A DNA stretch of 64,000 nt from an uncultured SAR86 cluster bacterium (lineage in GTDB: Bacteria > Pseudomonadota > Gammaproteobacteria > Magnimaribacterales > D2472). Of the stretch, positions 53,311-64,000 are shown in pieces (position 1 is the stretch's first letter; the number at the start of each line of letters is the position of its first letter). Location of the stretch: NCBI GenBank assembly GCA_902595065.1, contig CACJOM010000002.1:60547-124546 (forward strand), given 5' to 3'. The position numbers were made by a program, and so were the translations under genes. The notes beneath the pieces are model-generated. The model was not told where the DNA came from, did no database searches, and was given only the letters and a program-made list of their open reading frames with translations.

Positions 53311-56124
53311 CTAGGATGCAAAAGCCTCGTTAACCAAAGCTTCTTGTTGTTGATTGTGTAATTTATTTAGACCAACTGCTGGAGCAGATGATGCTTTTCT
53401 GCTGATTAATTGTATTTCGGTATTATTAATTCTATCTAATACTATTTGCAATCTATGACGATGGCTAAACCAAGCCCCCTGATTACTAGGCTCCTCCTGA
53501 CACCAAATAAATTGTTTGGCATTCTCGTAAGACTTAATAATTTTTTCAAGTGTGTCATAAGGAAATGGATAGAGTTGCTCTATACGTAATATAGCCGTAT
53601 TTTTGATCTTAAGCTCCTCTTTTTTGGCCGCCAGATCGTAATATACCTTTCCCGAACACAGGATAATTTTTTTAATCAATTTAGGATTTGAATGAACATC
53701 ATCAATTACATACTCAAAAGATCCATCAGTTAAATTTTCAATTGATGAAACGCATTGAGGATTTCTTAATAAGCTTTTTGGAGAAATAATGATCAGCGGT
53801 CTTCTCATTTTTCTTATTGTTTGTAATCTGAGAAGGTGATAAATCTGTGATGGAGTGCTTGGTACACATACTTGAATATTTTCATTTGCACACAGTTGTA
53901 AAAATCTCTCTAGTCTTGCACTACTATGTTCTGGACCTTGACCTTCATATCCATGAGGAAGAAGCATTACTAAACCTGAAAGTCTTTCCCATTTATGCTC
54001 AGCAGAGACAATAAATTGATCTATGACCACTTGGGCTCCGTTCACAAAATCTCCGAACTGAGCTTCCCATAATACGAGACCAGATGGTCGAGTTGCAGAG
54101 TATCCATACTCGAAACCTAAAACTGCCTCTTCGGACAGCAAAGAGTCATAAATATCAATTGTTGTATTTGCATTACTTGCAATTTCAACTAATGGCATTG
54201 CGCCCTTTCCATCCTCTTGATTTAAAACAACTGCATGACGATGAGAAAATGTTCCCCTCCTAATATCTTGGCCTGAAAATCTGATTGGATATCCTTGATC
54301 CAATAATGTTGCATAAGCCATATTTTCAGCAAAACCCCAATTCACTGGAATTTCTCCATCTACCATCTGGAGCCTGTCAGCAAAGATTTTTTCTACCTGC
54401 CTTTGAAGCACGAAGCCCTTGGGTGGAGTAAAAGCTATTTGAGCAAGTTCATTAAATCTATCTTTATTAAATGCTGATTCAATTGCCTCATCTCCACTTT
54501 GATTAATATATGGGGTCCAATCAAACCACATGGATTCGTTAGGTTGTGTTGCTAGATTATGAGCAACAGAGTCTCCTTTCTCTATTGTAGATCTATATTT
54601 TTTTTCTATTTCATCACACTCAGATTTTGAAGTTACTCCAGCTTTAATAAGCTGCTCTTGATATAAGGTTTTAACTGAGGGGTGATTAGAAATCTTTTGA
54701 TACATTATTGGCTGTGTTGATGACGGCTCATCTGCTTCATTATGACCTCTCCTTCTGTAGCAAAAGAGATCCAAAACAATATCTTTTTTAAAGTTATGCC
54801 TATACTCGCATGCTAGTTTAGCCGCAAATACAACCATTTCTGGATCATCTCCATTAACATGAAGGATGGGTGCCTCAACCATTTTAGCTACATCAGTAGC
54901 ATATTGAGTTGATCTTGAGTCCTCTTCATTGGACGTAGTAAATCCTATCTGATTATTTACTATTACATGAATTGTGCCTCCGACTCCATAGCCTCTTGTC
55001 TGTGACATCTGCAGAGTCTCCATTACAACTCCTTGACCAGAAAATGAAGCATCTCCATGAATTAAAATAGGAACAACGAGTTCTTTGTTTTTATCATTCA
55101 GACGATCTTGTCTTCCTCTCACTGAACCAAGAACCACTGGATCAACAATCTCAAGATGAGAAGGATTATTTGCTAGAGAAACATGCACCTCTCCATTGGG
55201 AGTTAATATATTAGATGAGAAGCCTAAATGATATTTAACATCTCCTGAGCTTGCTCCCTCTAGTTCAAAATTTTCTTCAAACTCTGCAAATAATTCTTTC
55301 GGAGATTTTCCTAAAACATTAACTAATAAGTTCAGTCGTCCTCTATGCGCCATACCAAAGCAAATTTGTTCAGCACCAAATATTCCACAATTTTGTATCA
55401 AACTATCGACCAGAGGAATAAGAGACTCGGCTCCGTCAATTCCAAACCTTTTCATTCCTGGATATCTGGATGCTAAAAATTTAGCCAGGCCTTCAGCTGA
55501 GCTTAAGCGTTTTAAAATATATTTTTGTTCGTCTTGATCAAAATTTAATTTTCCTAAATTTGGCTCCAATCTATTTTGAAACCAAGATCTCTCAGATAAG
55601 GAAGAAATATAGTTATATTCAATTCCCAAGGTACCGCAATATATCGACTCCAAAGATTGGATAATTTCAGATAAAGTTGCTGAACTTTTATCAATCTTTA
55701 GAGTATCAGTGTCAAAGGATTCAGATAAATTTGAATTATCCAAACCATGAAAATTAATATCTAAATCATCACAATGGCGAATTTTCTTTAATCCTAATGG
55801 ATCTAAATTTGCTTTGTGGTGTCCTCTATTTCTATAAGCTTGTATCAACTGAATAACTCTGACTTGTTTAGAATTAGTCTCAATGTTAGTTGGAGCAGAC
55901 TGAATCGGGGGGTTAACCTCATCTTCTTTAAACCGTTCAATAACTTCTTTATGGGAAACATCTTTTTGTGCGCCATTAATACTAGGCAATGATTCAAAGT
56001 ATATTTTCCAATCATCAGGAACTGATGAAGGATTTTCTAAATATGATTCGTATAAAGATTCTAAGTAAGAGCTCTGGGCACCTGCTGCATGAGAAGTAGA
56101 CCAAAATGTCTCCATATTATTCAT
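53311..56124 (-). CDS. sucA: 2-oxoglutarate dehydrogenase E1
   Basis: 937-aa ORF. It has a ThDP-dependent E1o architecture, with GMAHRGRLN, HGDASFSGQG and LLPHGYEGQGPEHSS. Confidence 0.95.
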   Translation of the reverse strand: MNNMETFWSTSHAAGAQSSYLESLYESYLENPSSVPDDWKIYFESLPSINGAQKDVSHKEVIERFKEDEVNPPIQSAPTNIETNSKQVRVIQLIQAYRNRGHHKANLDPLGLKKIRHCDDLDINFHGLDNSNLSESFDTDTLKIDKSSATLSEIIQSLESIYCGTLGIEYNYISSLSERSWFQNRLEPNLGKLNFDQDEQKYILKRLSSAEGLAKFLASRYPGMKRFGIDGAESLIPLVDSLIQNCGIFGAEQICFGMAHRGRLNLLVNVLGKSPKELFAEFEENFELEGASSGDVKYHLGFSSNILTPNGEVHVSLANNPSHLEIVDPVVLGSVRGRQDRLNDKNKELVVPILIHGDASFSGQGVVMETLQMSQTRGYGVGGTIHVIVNNQIGFTTSNEEDSRSTQYATDVAKMVEAPILHVNGDDPEMVVFAAKLACEYRHNFKKDIVLDLFCYRRRGHNEADEPSSTQPIMYQKISNHPSVKTLYQEQLIKAGVTSKSECDEIEKKYRSTIEKGDSVAHNLATQPNESMWFDWTPYINQSGDEAIESAFNKDRFNELAQIAFTPPKGFVLQRQVEKIFADRLQMVDGEIPVNWGFAENMAYATLLDQGYPIRFSGQDIRRGTFSHRHAVVLNQEDGKGAMPLVEIASNANTTIDIYDSLLSEEAVLGFEYGYSATRPSGLVLWEAQFGDFVNGAQVVIDQFIVSAEHKWERLSGLVMLLPHGYEGQGPEHSSARLERFLQLCANENIQVCVPSTPSQIYHLLRLQTIRKMRRPLIIISPKSLLRNPQCVSSIENLTDGSFEYVIDDVHSNPKLIKKIILCSGKVYYDLAAKKEELKIKNTAILRIEQLYPFPYDTLEKIIKSYENAKQFIWCQEEPSNQGAWFSHRHRLQIVLDRINNTEIQLISRKASSAPAVGLNKLHNQQQEALVNEAFAS

Positions 56125-56132
56125 CCTTTAGC

Positions 56133-56870
56133 TCAACTCATTCCATCTGATGCAATAATATTTTCTTTTTTACTCCCTGATAGAAGCATAGATTTTATTT
56201 CACCAATTGCTTTATTTGGATTTAAATCTTTTGGACAAACATTCACACAATTCATAATTCCATGACATCTGTAAACACTAAATGGATCAGATAATGCTTC
56301 AAGCCTCTCAGCAGTTTTAGTGTCTCTGGAATCTGCAATAAATCTATAAGCTTGCAACAATGCTGCTGGACCAACAAATTTATCTGGATTCCACCAAAAA
56401 GATGGGCAACTAGTTGAGCAACAAGCACATAAAATGCACTCATACAGCCCATCAAGTTTGTCTCTATCCACAGGTGACTGAAGCCTTTCTTGAACTGGAG
56501 GCTGAGTTTCATTCTGAAGAAAAGGTTTGATTTTATCGTATTGAGCATAAAACTCAGTCATATCAACGACTAAATCACGTATAACAGGTAGACCGGGCAA
56601 TGGTCTAAGTTCAATCTTATTATTTTTGATAGCTTCAGAAATTGGAGTTATGCAAGCTAGTCCATTCTTTCCATTTATGTTCATGCCATCAGAACCGCAT
56701 ACTCCTTCTCTGCAAGATCTTCTATAAGAGATTGATGAATCTTGCTCTTTAAGAAGATTTAATAATTCAAGCAGCATAATGTCCTTTTCAGGCTTTTTAA
56801 TTGAATATGTTTGCGTATAAGGAAACTTATCTGTTTCTGGGTTGTATCTATAAATGTTTACATCAATCAT
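56133..56870 (-). CDS. sdhB: succinate dehydrogenase iron-sulfur subunit
   Basis: The track start is TTG 56882. ATG 56870 (MIDVNIYRYNP...) matches the N-terminal length of E. coli SdhB. The Cys clusters CREGVCGSDG, CILCACCSTSC and CHGIMNCVNVCP are present. Confidence 0.95.
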   Translation of the reverse strand: MIDVNIYRYNPETDKFPYTQTYSIKKPEKDIMLLELLNLLKEQDSSISYRRSCREGVCGSDGMNINGKNGLACITPISEAIKNNKIELRPLPGLPVIRDLVVDMTEFYAQYDKIKPFLQNETQPPVQERLQSPVDRDKLDGLYECILCACCSTSCPSFWWNPDKFVGPAALLQAYRFIADSRDTKTAERLEALSDPFSVYRCHGIMNCVNVCPKDLNPNKAIGEIKSMLLSGSKKENIIASDGMS

Positions 56871-56889
56871 TTTTAATCTCAAATAAAAA

Positions 56890-58674
56890 TTAATACGTTC
56901 TTACCTTTGGCTCAAAAGTTTCAACCTGAGCGGGAGCAAAATTAACATCTCTTTTGTTCAAAGTTTTTTGAATTGGATCATATAAAGAATGACACAACCA
57001 ATTCTCATCATCACGCTCCTTAAAATCATCTCGTGCATGTGCTCCTCTACTCTCAGTTCTCTGAAATGAAGCAATTGCAGTTGCTTCGGCAACTTCAAAT
57101 AAGTTTTGCAATTCTAAAGCCTCTACCCTGCTGGTATTAAAAGCCATGCTCTTATCTTTAAGATGAAGGTTGGAAATCTTTTCACGAATATCTCCGAGAG
57201 CTGCAACGCCTTTTTCCATGTAATCTCCTCTTCTAAAAACACCAAAGTAATTCTGCATCACAGATTGCAGCTCTCTCTTTACCTCAGCAACTTCAAACCC
57301 TTCATTGGAGGAATTAATTTTATTAAGGCTATCAAGAGCTTGATCAATATCATCTCTATCAGCATTAGCAACTCCACCGCCCGTTTTCAATGCTTCTTGA
57401 ATATGAATACCAGCTGCCCTTCCAAAGACAACTAGATCAAGAAGAGAATTTCCTCCTAGCCTATTAGCGCCGTGAACTGAAACGCATGCAGCCTCGCCAA
57501 CTGAAAATAAACCGGAAACAATTTCATCTACACCATTGGATTGAGTATAAGCTTGTCCATGAATATTTGTTGGCGTTCCGCCCATCATGTAATGGCATGT
57601 AGGTACAACTGGTATTGGATTGTATACTGGATCTACTCCGGCAAAGGTTCTTGAAAGTTCGCATATTCCTGGAAGTTTTGCATTCAACACATCAGCCCCC
57701 AAATGATCTAGCTTTAAAAATACATGATCTTTATTTTCACCGCAGCCTCTACCCTCTAGGATCTCTAATACCATCGATCTTGCAACAACATCTCTTCCAG
57801 CTAGATCTTTAGCATTAGGTGCATATCTCTCCATAAATCTTTCGCCCTCGGCGTTAATTAAATATCCTCCTTCTCCTCTGCAGCCTTCTGTAACTAAAGA
57901 GCCTGCTCCGTATATTCCAGTTGGATGAAACTGCCACATTTCCATATCTTGCGCAGGAAAACCTGCTCTTAATGCCATCCCTAGACCGTCTCCAGTGTTA
58001 ATAAGAGCATTAGTAGTTGAGGAATATATTCTTCCAGCGCCACCAGTAGCCATAACTGTTGCTTGTGATTTTAAATATGCAACTTCACCAGATTCAATTG
58101 AAAAAGCAATAACACCTGTCACTTCCTTAGCTTGGTTAAGCACCAAATCTACTGCAAACCATTCATTAAGAAAATTTGAACCCTCCTTAATGTTGTTTTG
58201 ATAGAGTGTGTGTAGTAAAGCATGTCCAGTTCTATCAGCAGCCGCACATGTTCTTGCTGCTTGACCACCTTTGCCAAAATCTTTTGACTGCCCGCCAAAA
58301 GGACGTTGATATATTCGTCCGTTGTCAAATCTAGAGAAAGGCAGACCCATATGCTCAAGTTCGAAAACTGCCTTTGGTCCTTCTGAGCACATATACTCAA
58401 TTGCGTCTTGGTCACCAATATAATCTGATCCCTTTACAGTATCGTACATATGCCAACGCCAATCATCATTTGGATCTGCGCTAGCGATTGCACAAGTGAT
58501 TCCTCCTTGAGCAGAAACTGTATGAGATCTAGTTGGAAAAACTTTAGAAACAACAGCTGTCTTTAATCCAGATTTAGCAAGCTCAAGAGAAGTTCTCATG
58601 CCTGAGCCTCCCCCTCCAATAATGAGCGCATCAAATTCTAATGTTTTGATATTTGAAGAATTGTAGGTTTCCAT
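56890..58674 (-). CDS. sdhA: succinate dehydrogenase flavoprotein subunit
   Basis: 594-aa [11 protein letters not shown], the covalent-FAD His region [10 protein letters not shown] and [11 protein letters not shown] are present. Confidence 0.97.
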   Translation of the reverse strand: METYNSSNIKTLEFDALIIGGGGSGMRTSLELAKSGLKTAVVSKVFPTRSHTVSAQGGITCAIASADPNDDWRWHMYDTVKGSDYIGDQDAIEYMCSEGPKAVFELEHMGLPFSRFDNGRIYQRPFGGQSKDFGKGGQAARTCAAADRTGHALLHTLYQNNIKEGSNFLNEWFAVDLVLNQAKEVTGVIAFSIESGEVAYLKSQATVMATGGAGRIYSSTTNALINTGDGLGMALRAGFPAQDMEMWQFHPTGIYGAGSLVTEGCRGEGGYLINAEGERFMERYAPNAKDLAGRDVVARSMVLEILEGRGCGENKDHVFLKLDHLGADVLNAKLPGICELSRTFAGVDPVYNPIPVVPTCHYMMGGTPTNIHGQAYTQSNGVDEIVSGLFSVGEAACVSVHGANRLGGNSLLDLVVFGRAAGIHIQEALKTGGGVANADRDDIDQALDSLNKINSSNEGFEVAEVKRELQSVMQNYFGVFRRGDYMEKGVAALGDIREKISNLHLKDKSMAFNTSRVEALELQNLFEVAEATAIASFQRTESRGAHARDDFKERDDENWLCHSLYDPIQKTLNKRDVNFAPAQVETFEPKVRTY

Positions 58675-58675
58675 A

Positions 58676-59026
58676 TTATGACCAGATTATTAAAAGATAA
58701 AAAAAGATAAGAAGAACGCCGATAAAAATAAAAATGAACTCAAAACCTTTTCTAATAAAATCAGCATGAGATGATAGGAATGGAGAAATAAAACCTAAAG
58801 TCCTTTTTGTTAGGTAGTCAGTTCCTATAGTCCATAAACCTGCAAATGCATGTAAACAAGCCAAGATGATAAAAAAACTTAATGACAGTTTGAATGTTAG
58901 GCTCTCTGAAAGAAATTGAAAACTAAATCTATCAGTAAATCCAATTGATCCCATATACCCAAGAAATAATAAAAAATAAATTGCAGAATATCGTTGCAGG
59001 TACCAAATGAATTTTCCTAATTTCAT
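58676..59026 (-). CDS. sdhD: succinate dehydrogenase membrane anchor subunit
   Basis: 116-aa ORF with 3 TM spans, positioned between sdhC and sdhA. It overlaps sdhC by 4 nt. Confidence 0.8.
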   Translation of the reverse strand: MKLGKFIWYLQRYSAIYFLLFLGYMGSIGFTDRFSFQFLSESLTFKLSLSFFIILACLHAFAGLWTIGTDYLTKRTLGFISPFLSSHADFIRKGFEFIFIFIGVLLIFFYLLIIWS

Positions 59027-59403
59027 GTTAAAGCTAATATTGTTAGTAAAGAAATTACAAAAAAGAATATTAATGCAACCATTGCTGATGTATTTGATGA
59101 TGATAAAGTCTCGCTAATTAAGTGAAAATCCATCAGCATATGTCGAATTCCTGCTATGACATGATATTCAAAAACCAATATATTAAAAAGGACAAATGTT
59201 CTTATAAAAATGGATGTATTATATGAATCCATGAAAAGAGCAAATGAATCTGAGCTTTGGAGCAGCAGGTTAAAAATAAATACTGAAACAGGAAGCACGA
59301 GAAAAAATATAAACATTCCTGAAACCCTATGAGTTATTGATAATAAGGCAGATAATGGGAGCTGAATTTTAAATAAATTAATGTAAACTGGTTTTATAGA
59401 CAT
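59023..59403 (-). CDS. sdhC: succinate dehydrogenase cytochrome b556 subunit
   Basis: 126-aa ORF with 3 TM spans and the heme-ligand region SITHRVSG. Confidence 0.85.
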   Translation of the reverse strand: MSIKPVYINLFKIQLPLSALLSITHRVSGMFIFFLVLPVSVFIFNLLLQSSDSFALFMDSYNTSIFIRTFVLFNILVFEYHVIAGIRHMLMDFHLISETLSSSNTSAMVALIFFFVISLLTILALT

Positions 59404-59461
59404 TTGTTACTTTTTTGGCGCTTTATTGGTCTAAATTATACGTAATTTAAATAAGAAAATC

Positions 59462-60856
59462 TTATTTTTTTGATTTTTTTACGTGCTTTATCAGTCTTTT
59501 TTTCTTTTTAATTTGTCGAGTTGATAACTCATTTTTTTTACCCTCATAAGGATTGTCTCCTTTCTTAAAAATAATACTTAACTCAACACTATTTAAATTT
59601 AACTCTTCTCTAAAAGAGTTAATTAAATAACGTTTATAATTTGAGGGTATTTTGTTTGAAAAATTTGAATGAATTATAAATTTTGTAGGATGAATACCTC
59701 CAAAATGGACATATCTCATTTTAATTTGTCTACCAGAAATACTTGGTGTATTGGTTGAGCTGATAAACTTTAAAAGCAATTTGTTTAACTTGCCAGTAGA
59801 AAACTTAGTTTTTGCTAATTTATTGACCCTAGCAAGAGTATTAAATAGTTTTTTAAATCCATACTTTTGGAGAGCCGAAATCTCAACCAAGATTAAATTA
59901 TTCAAAGCAGAGTTTTGAAATTTTTTTGTTTGCTTCAGATCAGATAATTGGTCTTTAGAAAGCTCATCAACTTTATTCAATGCCACAACAACTGGCTTCC
60001 CATAACCTCTTATCAAATTTAGAATGCGAAGATCCTGATCTACTATTCCATCTGAGACATCGATTAACATCAGCACAATATCTGATTCATCAACGGCATG
60101 CATGGCCCTGACATAAGAAAAATACTCAACTGAGTGACTTTGTCTATATTTCTTTCTAATACCTGCAGTGTCAATAAATATAAAATCCTCATCATCAAAC
60201 ACAAAAGGCACATGAATAGAATCAATAGTTGTTCCCGGTAGGTCAGAAACAATTAAACGATCCTGTTTTGTAAATTGATTAATAAATGTAGATTTACCAG
60301 CATTTGGCCTCCCAATCACAGCAATTTTTGTACCTAGAGTATCTTCATTATTGCTTGAACTAAGCTCAATAAATTGCTTTGAGATATAAGTTTGTAATTC
60401 TTTAATGCCTTGGGAATGCTCTGCGCTAATTTCAAGTATATCTCCAGAACCCATTTTTAAAAGATCTTCTTTTGCATTCGATCTTTTTCTTATGTCAATC
60501 TTATTCAAAACAATAAAAAATTCCTTATTCATTTTTCGAATTAACTGAAAAAGATCTATGTCATCTGCGGTTAACTCCTCTGAGGCATCAATTAATAATA
60601 AGATCAGGCTGGAATCTTCAGCAGCTATAAATGCCTGCTGAGTTATTGCTGCACTAAATTCCGTATTCTCTGAACCAACTCCGCCAGTATCAATAACTAA
60701 ATATTGCTTGTCTTTGATAGTTGCATAGCCAAAATTTCTATCTTTAGTAAGTCCAGAAAAATCAGAAACAATTGCATTTCTAGTTTTAGTGAGCTTGTTA
60801 AATAAAGAGGACTTCCCTACATTAGGTCGGCCAAGAATTGCGATTGAATTTAACAT
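59462..60856 (-). CDS. der: ribosome-associated GTPase Der (EngA)
   Basis: 464-aa ORF. It has tandem G-domains (GRPNVGKSSLFN, GRPNAGKSTFIN), a KH-like C-terminal domain and a basic tail. Confidence 0.95.
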   Translation of the reverse strand: MLNSIAILGRPNVGKSSLFNKLTKTRNAIVSDFSGLTKDRNFGYATIKDKQYLVIDTGGVGSENTEFSAAITQQAFIAAEDSSLILLLIDASEELTADDIDLFQLIRKMNKEFFIVLNKIDIRKRSNAKEDLLKMGSGDILEISAEHSQGIKELQTYISKQFIELSSSNNEDTLGTKIAVIGRPNAGKSTFINQFTKQDRLIVSDLPGTTIDSIHVPFVFDDEDFIFIDTAGIRKKYRQSHSVEYFSYVRAMHAVDESDIVLMLIDVSDGIVDQDLRILNLIRGYGKPVVVALNKVDELSKDQLSDLKQTKKFQNSALNNLILVEISALQKYGFKKLFNTLARVNKLAKTKFSTGKLNKLLLKFISSTNTPSISGRQIKMRYVHFGGIHPTKFIIHSNFSNKIPSNYKRYLINSFREELNLNSVELSIIFKKGDNPYEGKKNELSTRQIKKKKRLIKHVKKSKK

Positions 60857-60870
60857 TATGGAATAGCATC

Positions 60871-62013
60871 TTAGAGCTTGATTGCTATTATATTAGAATC
60901 TTGATCAACGACATATGCAAGGTCTCTAAAAGTTACAATACTGATAATTGGTTCCGCAGAAACTTTCTTTCTACCTTGAGTCAAACCTGTTGCTGGATTA
61001 ATGGCATGAACATACCCTTCAAAATCACCAACAAGCATTAAATTTTTGTACATGACACCACTAGACAGTTGTCTTCGCAAGTATTCTTGAGAAGTCCAAG
61101 CTGGGTCTAAATTAACAAGAGAAAATGATAAAATTGAACCATTATCTTGTATAACCATAATCATATTATTAGTTACTACAGGTGAATGAAATGACGAAGA
61201 TTTACTATTCCAAACTGGTCTCTTTTGAGAAATGTCAAAAGCTGTTAAGTTGCCTTGGTAATTAGCAGCAAAGAGCAGTTGTTTTGTTATTACAGGTGCT
61301 GAATCTGCATCTATTAGATTTTCAAGTTCAGAAGACCCCTCAACAAAAGAAATAGGTTGATCCCATAGAAATAATCCTGTTTCTAACTGAAATGCTCCCA
61401 GCCTTCCATTATCAAAGCTTGCATAAACTATGCCATCTTCAAGAATAGGCTCTCCTGTACCCCGAATAGTTAAAGCAGGTAGCTGAGATCTATATATCCA
61501 TTTTTGTTCACCAGAATTTGAGTTTAGGGCGATCAATTCGCCAACAGAGTTCTTTACTATGATTAAAGATGCGGTAACCTTTGCCCTTGATAAGACCTCA
61601 CCGCCAACATTCTTTTCCCAGATAATTTCTTGAGTATCAGAATTAATGGCAATTACAAAACCATTTACATCAGAAACTATCAACTTACCAAAGCCAGAGG
61701 CAATACCGGCAGATAATTGACGATCTAAGCCTATTTTCCAATTTTCTTTACCAGTTTTTGGATTTAAAGAAACAATGTTGCCCTCTGGATCAGCAACTAA
61801 CATGTTTCCAGAATAATATGAGGGCTTAAAAGAGGATAAATTACTTTCTCCTTTAAGAGATTTCTTCCATTCAACTGAAATTGAAAAGTCTTTTTGAATA
61901 GACTTGAGTTCAACAGGCTTTAGATTGTCAACGTCATCATCTGACCAAAAAGCCAGGGTAGAGCATGAAGAAATAAGTATTAAACAAATACTGATAAGTA
62001 AATTTTTTACCAT
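60871..62013 (-). CDS. bamB: outer-membrane protein assembly factor BamB
   Basis: 380-aa ORF with a lipoprotein signal and lipobox (LISSC) and PQQ-like beta-propeller repeats. The yfgM-bamB-der synteny is conserved. Confidence 0.85.
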   Translation of the reverse strand: MVKNLLISICLILISSCSTLAFWSDDDVDNLKPVELKSIQKDFSISVEWKKSLKGESNLSSFKPSYYSGNMLVADPEGNIVSLNPKTGKENWKIGLDRQLSAGIASGFGKLIVSDVNGFVIAINSDTQEIIWEKNVGGEVLSRAKVTASLIIVKNSVGELIALNSNSGEQKWIYRSQLPALTIRGTGEPILEDGIVYASFDNGRLGAFQLETGLFLWDQPISFVEGSSELENLIDADSAPVITKQLLFAANYQGNLTAFDISQKRPVWNSKSSSFHSPVVTNNMIMVIQDNGSILSFSLVNLDPAWTSQEYLRRQLSSGVMYKNLMLVGDFEGYVHAINPATGLTQGRKKVSAEPIISIVTFRDLAYVVDQDSNIIAIKL

Positions 62014-62018
62014 TAGAG

Positions 62019-62663
62019 TTATTTCTTAAGTTTATTTATTTTCATCTTCAGAATAGATTTCTCAGATTCATTTTGAGTATTCTGCAGGGCTAATGAATAT
62101 TGATCTAGAGCCAAACTATTTTTATTTAGGCCAGCTAAAGCATCTCCTCTTAATTCATAGACAAGAGGGTGCTCATTATTAGCATTAAATGACTCTAGGA
62201 CTTCTAAGACATTAGAAAAGTTATTATTGCTTAGCTCAATTCTTGAAATATTAATTTTAGCAACTGAATTAAGCATTTTGTTTCCAAATAAGCCTGAAGA
62301 AGCATCCAAAAGATCATAAAAGTCTTCTAAGGCAACATCAAGCTGCCCTTCTTTTGCCAAGGAAGAGCCTCTTACCATTCTAGCTAGCTGTGCATACCCA
62401 GTTCTACTATATTTTTTTTGTAATTGATTAAAATGGTCATCGCTATCTGCTTTTAAGGGTGCTTCTGTTGAAATTGAAGAAAACCAAGCATCGTAGATCT
62501 CTGCAGCTTTTGCATTTTTAGAAGCAGTATACGATTTATAGCTTAATGAAGAAATTAATGCTATTGAGGCAATTAAAAATATCATCAAGAAAGTATTCTT
62601 ATGATCTTTAAAAAAATTTACAAGCGCTGAGAATCTTTCCTCATCTGTAATGTACTCTGCCAT
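62019..62663 (-). CDS. yfgM: YfgM-like TPR membrane-anchored protein
   Basis: 214-aa ORF with a single N-terminal TM followed by a TPR-like region. It occupies the conserved position between hisS and bamB. Confidence 0.7.
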   Translation of the reverse strand: MAEYITDEERFSALVNFFKDHKNTFLMIFLIASIALISSLSYKSYTASKNAKAAEIYDAWFSSISTEAPLKADSDDHFNQLQKKYSRTGYAQLARMVRGSSLAKEGQLDVALEDFYDLLDASSGLFGNKMLNSVAKINISRIELSNNNFSNVLEVLESFNANNEHPLVYELRGDALAGLNKNSLALDQYSLALQNTQNESEKSILKMKINKLKK

Positions 62664-62671
62664 AATCTCTC

Positions 62672-63916
62672 CTAAAGATTAGTATATTTTTGTATGACTT
62701 CATTTAAGCTGAGAAGTTCTTGCTCGCCACTCTCAGAAAGGCTTTTCCATATTATCTGATCATTTTTTATCTCTTCCGCCCCAATTATAATTGCATAACC
62801 GCAATTGTTCTTATTGGCTCTTCTCAGCTGAGATTTCAAACTCCCCTCACTTAAAAATGTATCGAGGATAATACTATTATTAGCACTTCTTAAATCATCG
62901 GCTATTTTATATGTTTTTTTGTCAATCTGCTCTCCAACAATAATAAATCCAACTTTTAATGGTTGTTTTATATTTTCAATATTGAGAAGTTCTATTATTC
63001 TTTCAACCCCAATGGCAAAACCTATGGCATACATATCTTTTCCACCGAGTTGCTTTGAAAGATTGTCATATCTTCCTCCTCCAAGGAAAGCATCTTGCGC
63101 TCCAAGCTTTTCTGAAACAGTTTCAAATACAATGCCGGTGTAATAATCTAGCCCCCTTACCAAGGATTGATCAATTTGAATATCACAATTATTGCTAAAG
63201 GCATCTACAAGATTTTTTAAGAAGATCTTGGAATCGTTTGAAATAAAATCTTGAAATTTTGGTCCTTCTTTGAGTAATTCCTGAGTAGATTTTTCTTTAG
63301 AGTCTAGTACTCGCAAAGGATTAGATTTTAATCTTGCCTGATCTTTTTCATGTAATTCATTAATATGTGGCTTTAAAAAAGCAGTCAGTGAATTGCAAAA
63401 ACTTTCCTTGGCATCTTGATCACCAAGATGATTTATTTTAATTGTATAGTCTGAAATACCAATTAATTTATTGATCTGCAAAACCATGCTGATTAACTCA
63501 TATTCTGCAATTCCCTCCTCATAACCAAGATACTCAACTCCAACTTGATGGAATTGCCTAAATCTGCCTTTTTGTGGCCTCTCATATCTAAACATCGGTC
63601 CTTGATACCAAAGTTTATGTTTCTCATGTTCTTGTTTTTTTTGAATAATTGCTCTGATAACGCTAGCTGAACCCTCCGGTCTTAAGCTTATACTTTCATC
63701 GTTACGATCTAAAAATGAATAGAGTTCTTTGTTTACAATATCAGATGAGTTCCCGACTGATCTTGAAAAAAGCTCTGTAGACTCCAATAGTGGGGTACGA
63801 ATTTCATGAGTATTAAAAGAATGAAAAATTTTAGAAAGCTTTGATTCGAATATGTGCCACCTCTCTAAATCTTCAGGAAATAGATCAGGCATACCTCTTA
63901 ATGATTGAATCTTCAA
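62672..63916 (-). CDS. hisS: histidine--tRNA ligase
   Basis: 414-aa ORF with a TTG start. LRGMPDLFP, class II motif 2 (FRYERPQKGRFRQFHQ) and GGGRYDNL are present. Confidence 0.95.
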   Translation of the reverse strand: MKIQSLRGMPDLFPEDLERWHIFESKLSKIFHSFNTHEIRTPLLESTELFSRSVGNSSDIVNKELYSFLDRNDESISLRPEGSASVIRAIIQKKQEHEKHKLWYQGPMFRYERPQKGRFRQFHQVGVEYLGYEEGIAEYELISMVLQINKLIGISDYTIKINHLGDQDAKESFCNSLTAFLKPHINELHEKDQARLKSNPLRVLDSKEKSTQELLKEGPKFQDFISNDSKIFLKNLVDAFSNNCDIQIDQSLVRGLDYYTGIVFETVSEKLGAQDAFLGGGRYDNLSKQLGGKDMYAIGFAIGVERIIELLNIENIKQPLKVGFIIVGEQIDKKTYKIADDLRSANNSIILDTFLSEGSLKSQLRRANKNNCGYAIIIGAEEIKNDQIIWKSLSESGEQELLSLNEVIQKYTNL

Positions 63917-63919
63917 TTT

Positions 63920-64000
63920 TTAACCTTTTGCAATTATGTCTATAGAATTTTTCTTTTCGAGCTGTTCTTTCACTTGCTCCTCTATTGTATCAACAAGTTT
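63920..64000 (-). CDS. ispG: 3' end of an upstream gene, probably ispG (partial, 26 codons)
   Basis: The minus frame is open from the window edge (...KLVDTIEEQVKEQLEKKNSIDIIAKG*) with TAA at 63922-63920. The identity is inferred only from the conserved ispG-hisS-yfgM-bamB-der order in gammaproteobacteria. Confidence 0.4.
   Translation of the reverse strand, partial: KLVDTIEEQVKEQLEKKNSIDIIAKG

Noticed and set aside
56871-56882. TTG start giving an MRLK extension on sdhB
   Set aside because: It lies only 7 nt after the sdhA stop. ATG 56870 reproduces the canonical SdhB N-terminal length.

Overview
The window is a very gene-dense, AT-rich (about one-third GC by eye) stretch of gammaproteobacterial chromosome. 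It is almost entirely core housekeeping genes. I support about 60 CDS. Spacers are mostly under 100 nt, and many neighbours abut or overlap (ATGA/TAATG junctions, and convergent genes overlapping by 4-24 nt). Recognisable blocks are listed here.
- An OYE flavoenzyme (5' partial), serA and glpK.
- Class Ia RNR nrdAB, with NrdR and DnaA boxes upstream.
- A small accessory redox/transport cluster: MFS, a small TM protein, GST, SDR, a ferredoxin reductase and AlkB.
- mdh.
- prfB (with its +1 frameshift site) followed by lysS.
- xerD-dsbC-hom-thrC.
- rpsP-rimM-trmD-rplS.
- ypjD-like and yfjD/corB.
- groES-groEL.
- ampD-ampG.
- murJ-ribF-ileS-lspA-ispH.
- msrB and yhhQ.
- A tightly coupled four-gene unit: two acyl-CoA synthetases, an LLM oxidoreductase and selO.
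- pdxB, an LbH acetyltransferase and a MATE pump.
- The complete sdhCDAB-sucAB-lpdA-sucCD block.
- (ispG)-hisS-yfgM-bamB-der.
This synteny is Pseudomonas-like. Together with the compaction and AT bias, it suggests a streamlined marine gammaproteobacterium (SAR86-like). That is an inference I cannot verify here.
I found no rRNA, tRNA, CRISPR array, transposase, prophage or recognisable defence genes. I did not find a convincing novel multi-gene system.
The most unusual things I can actually see are these.
1. The S16 (rpsP) acidic tail is built from a 45-nt tandem repeat. An in-frame TAA cuts it where sister repeats have GAA, and 63 further codons stay open and run into rimM.
2. L19 (rplS), in the same operon, carries an ~85-aa acidic N-terminal extension.
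3. The nrdA control region combines two perfect DnaA boxes with NrdR boxes.
4. selO is translationally coupled to two adenylate-forming ligases and an LLM oxidoreductase.
5. There are a few small uncharacterised ORFs.
Coordinates of sub-gene motifs were counted by hand against the ORF track and could be off by about 1 nt.
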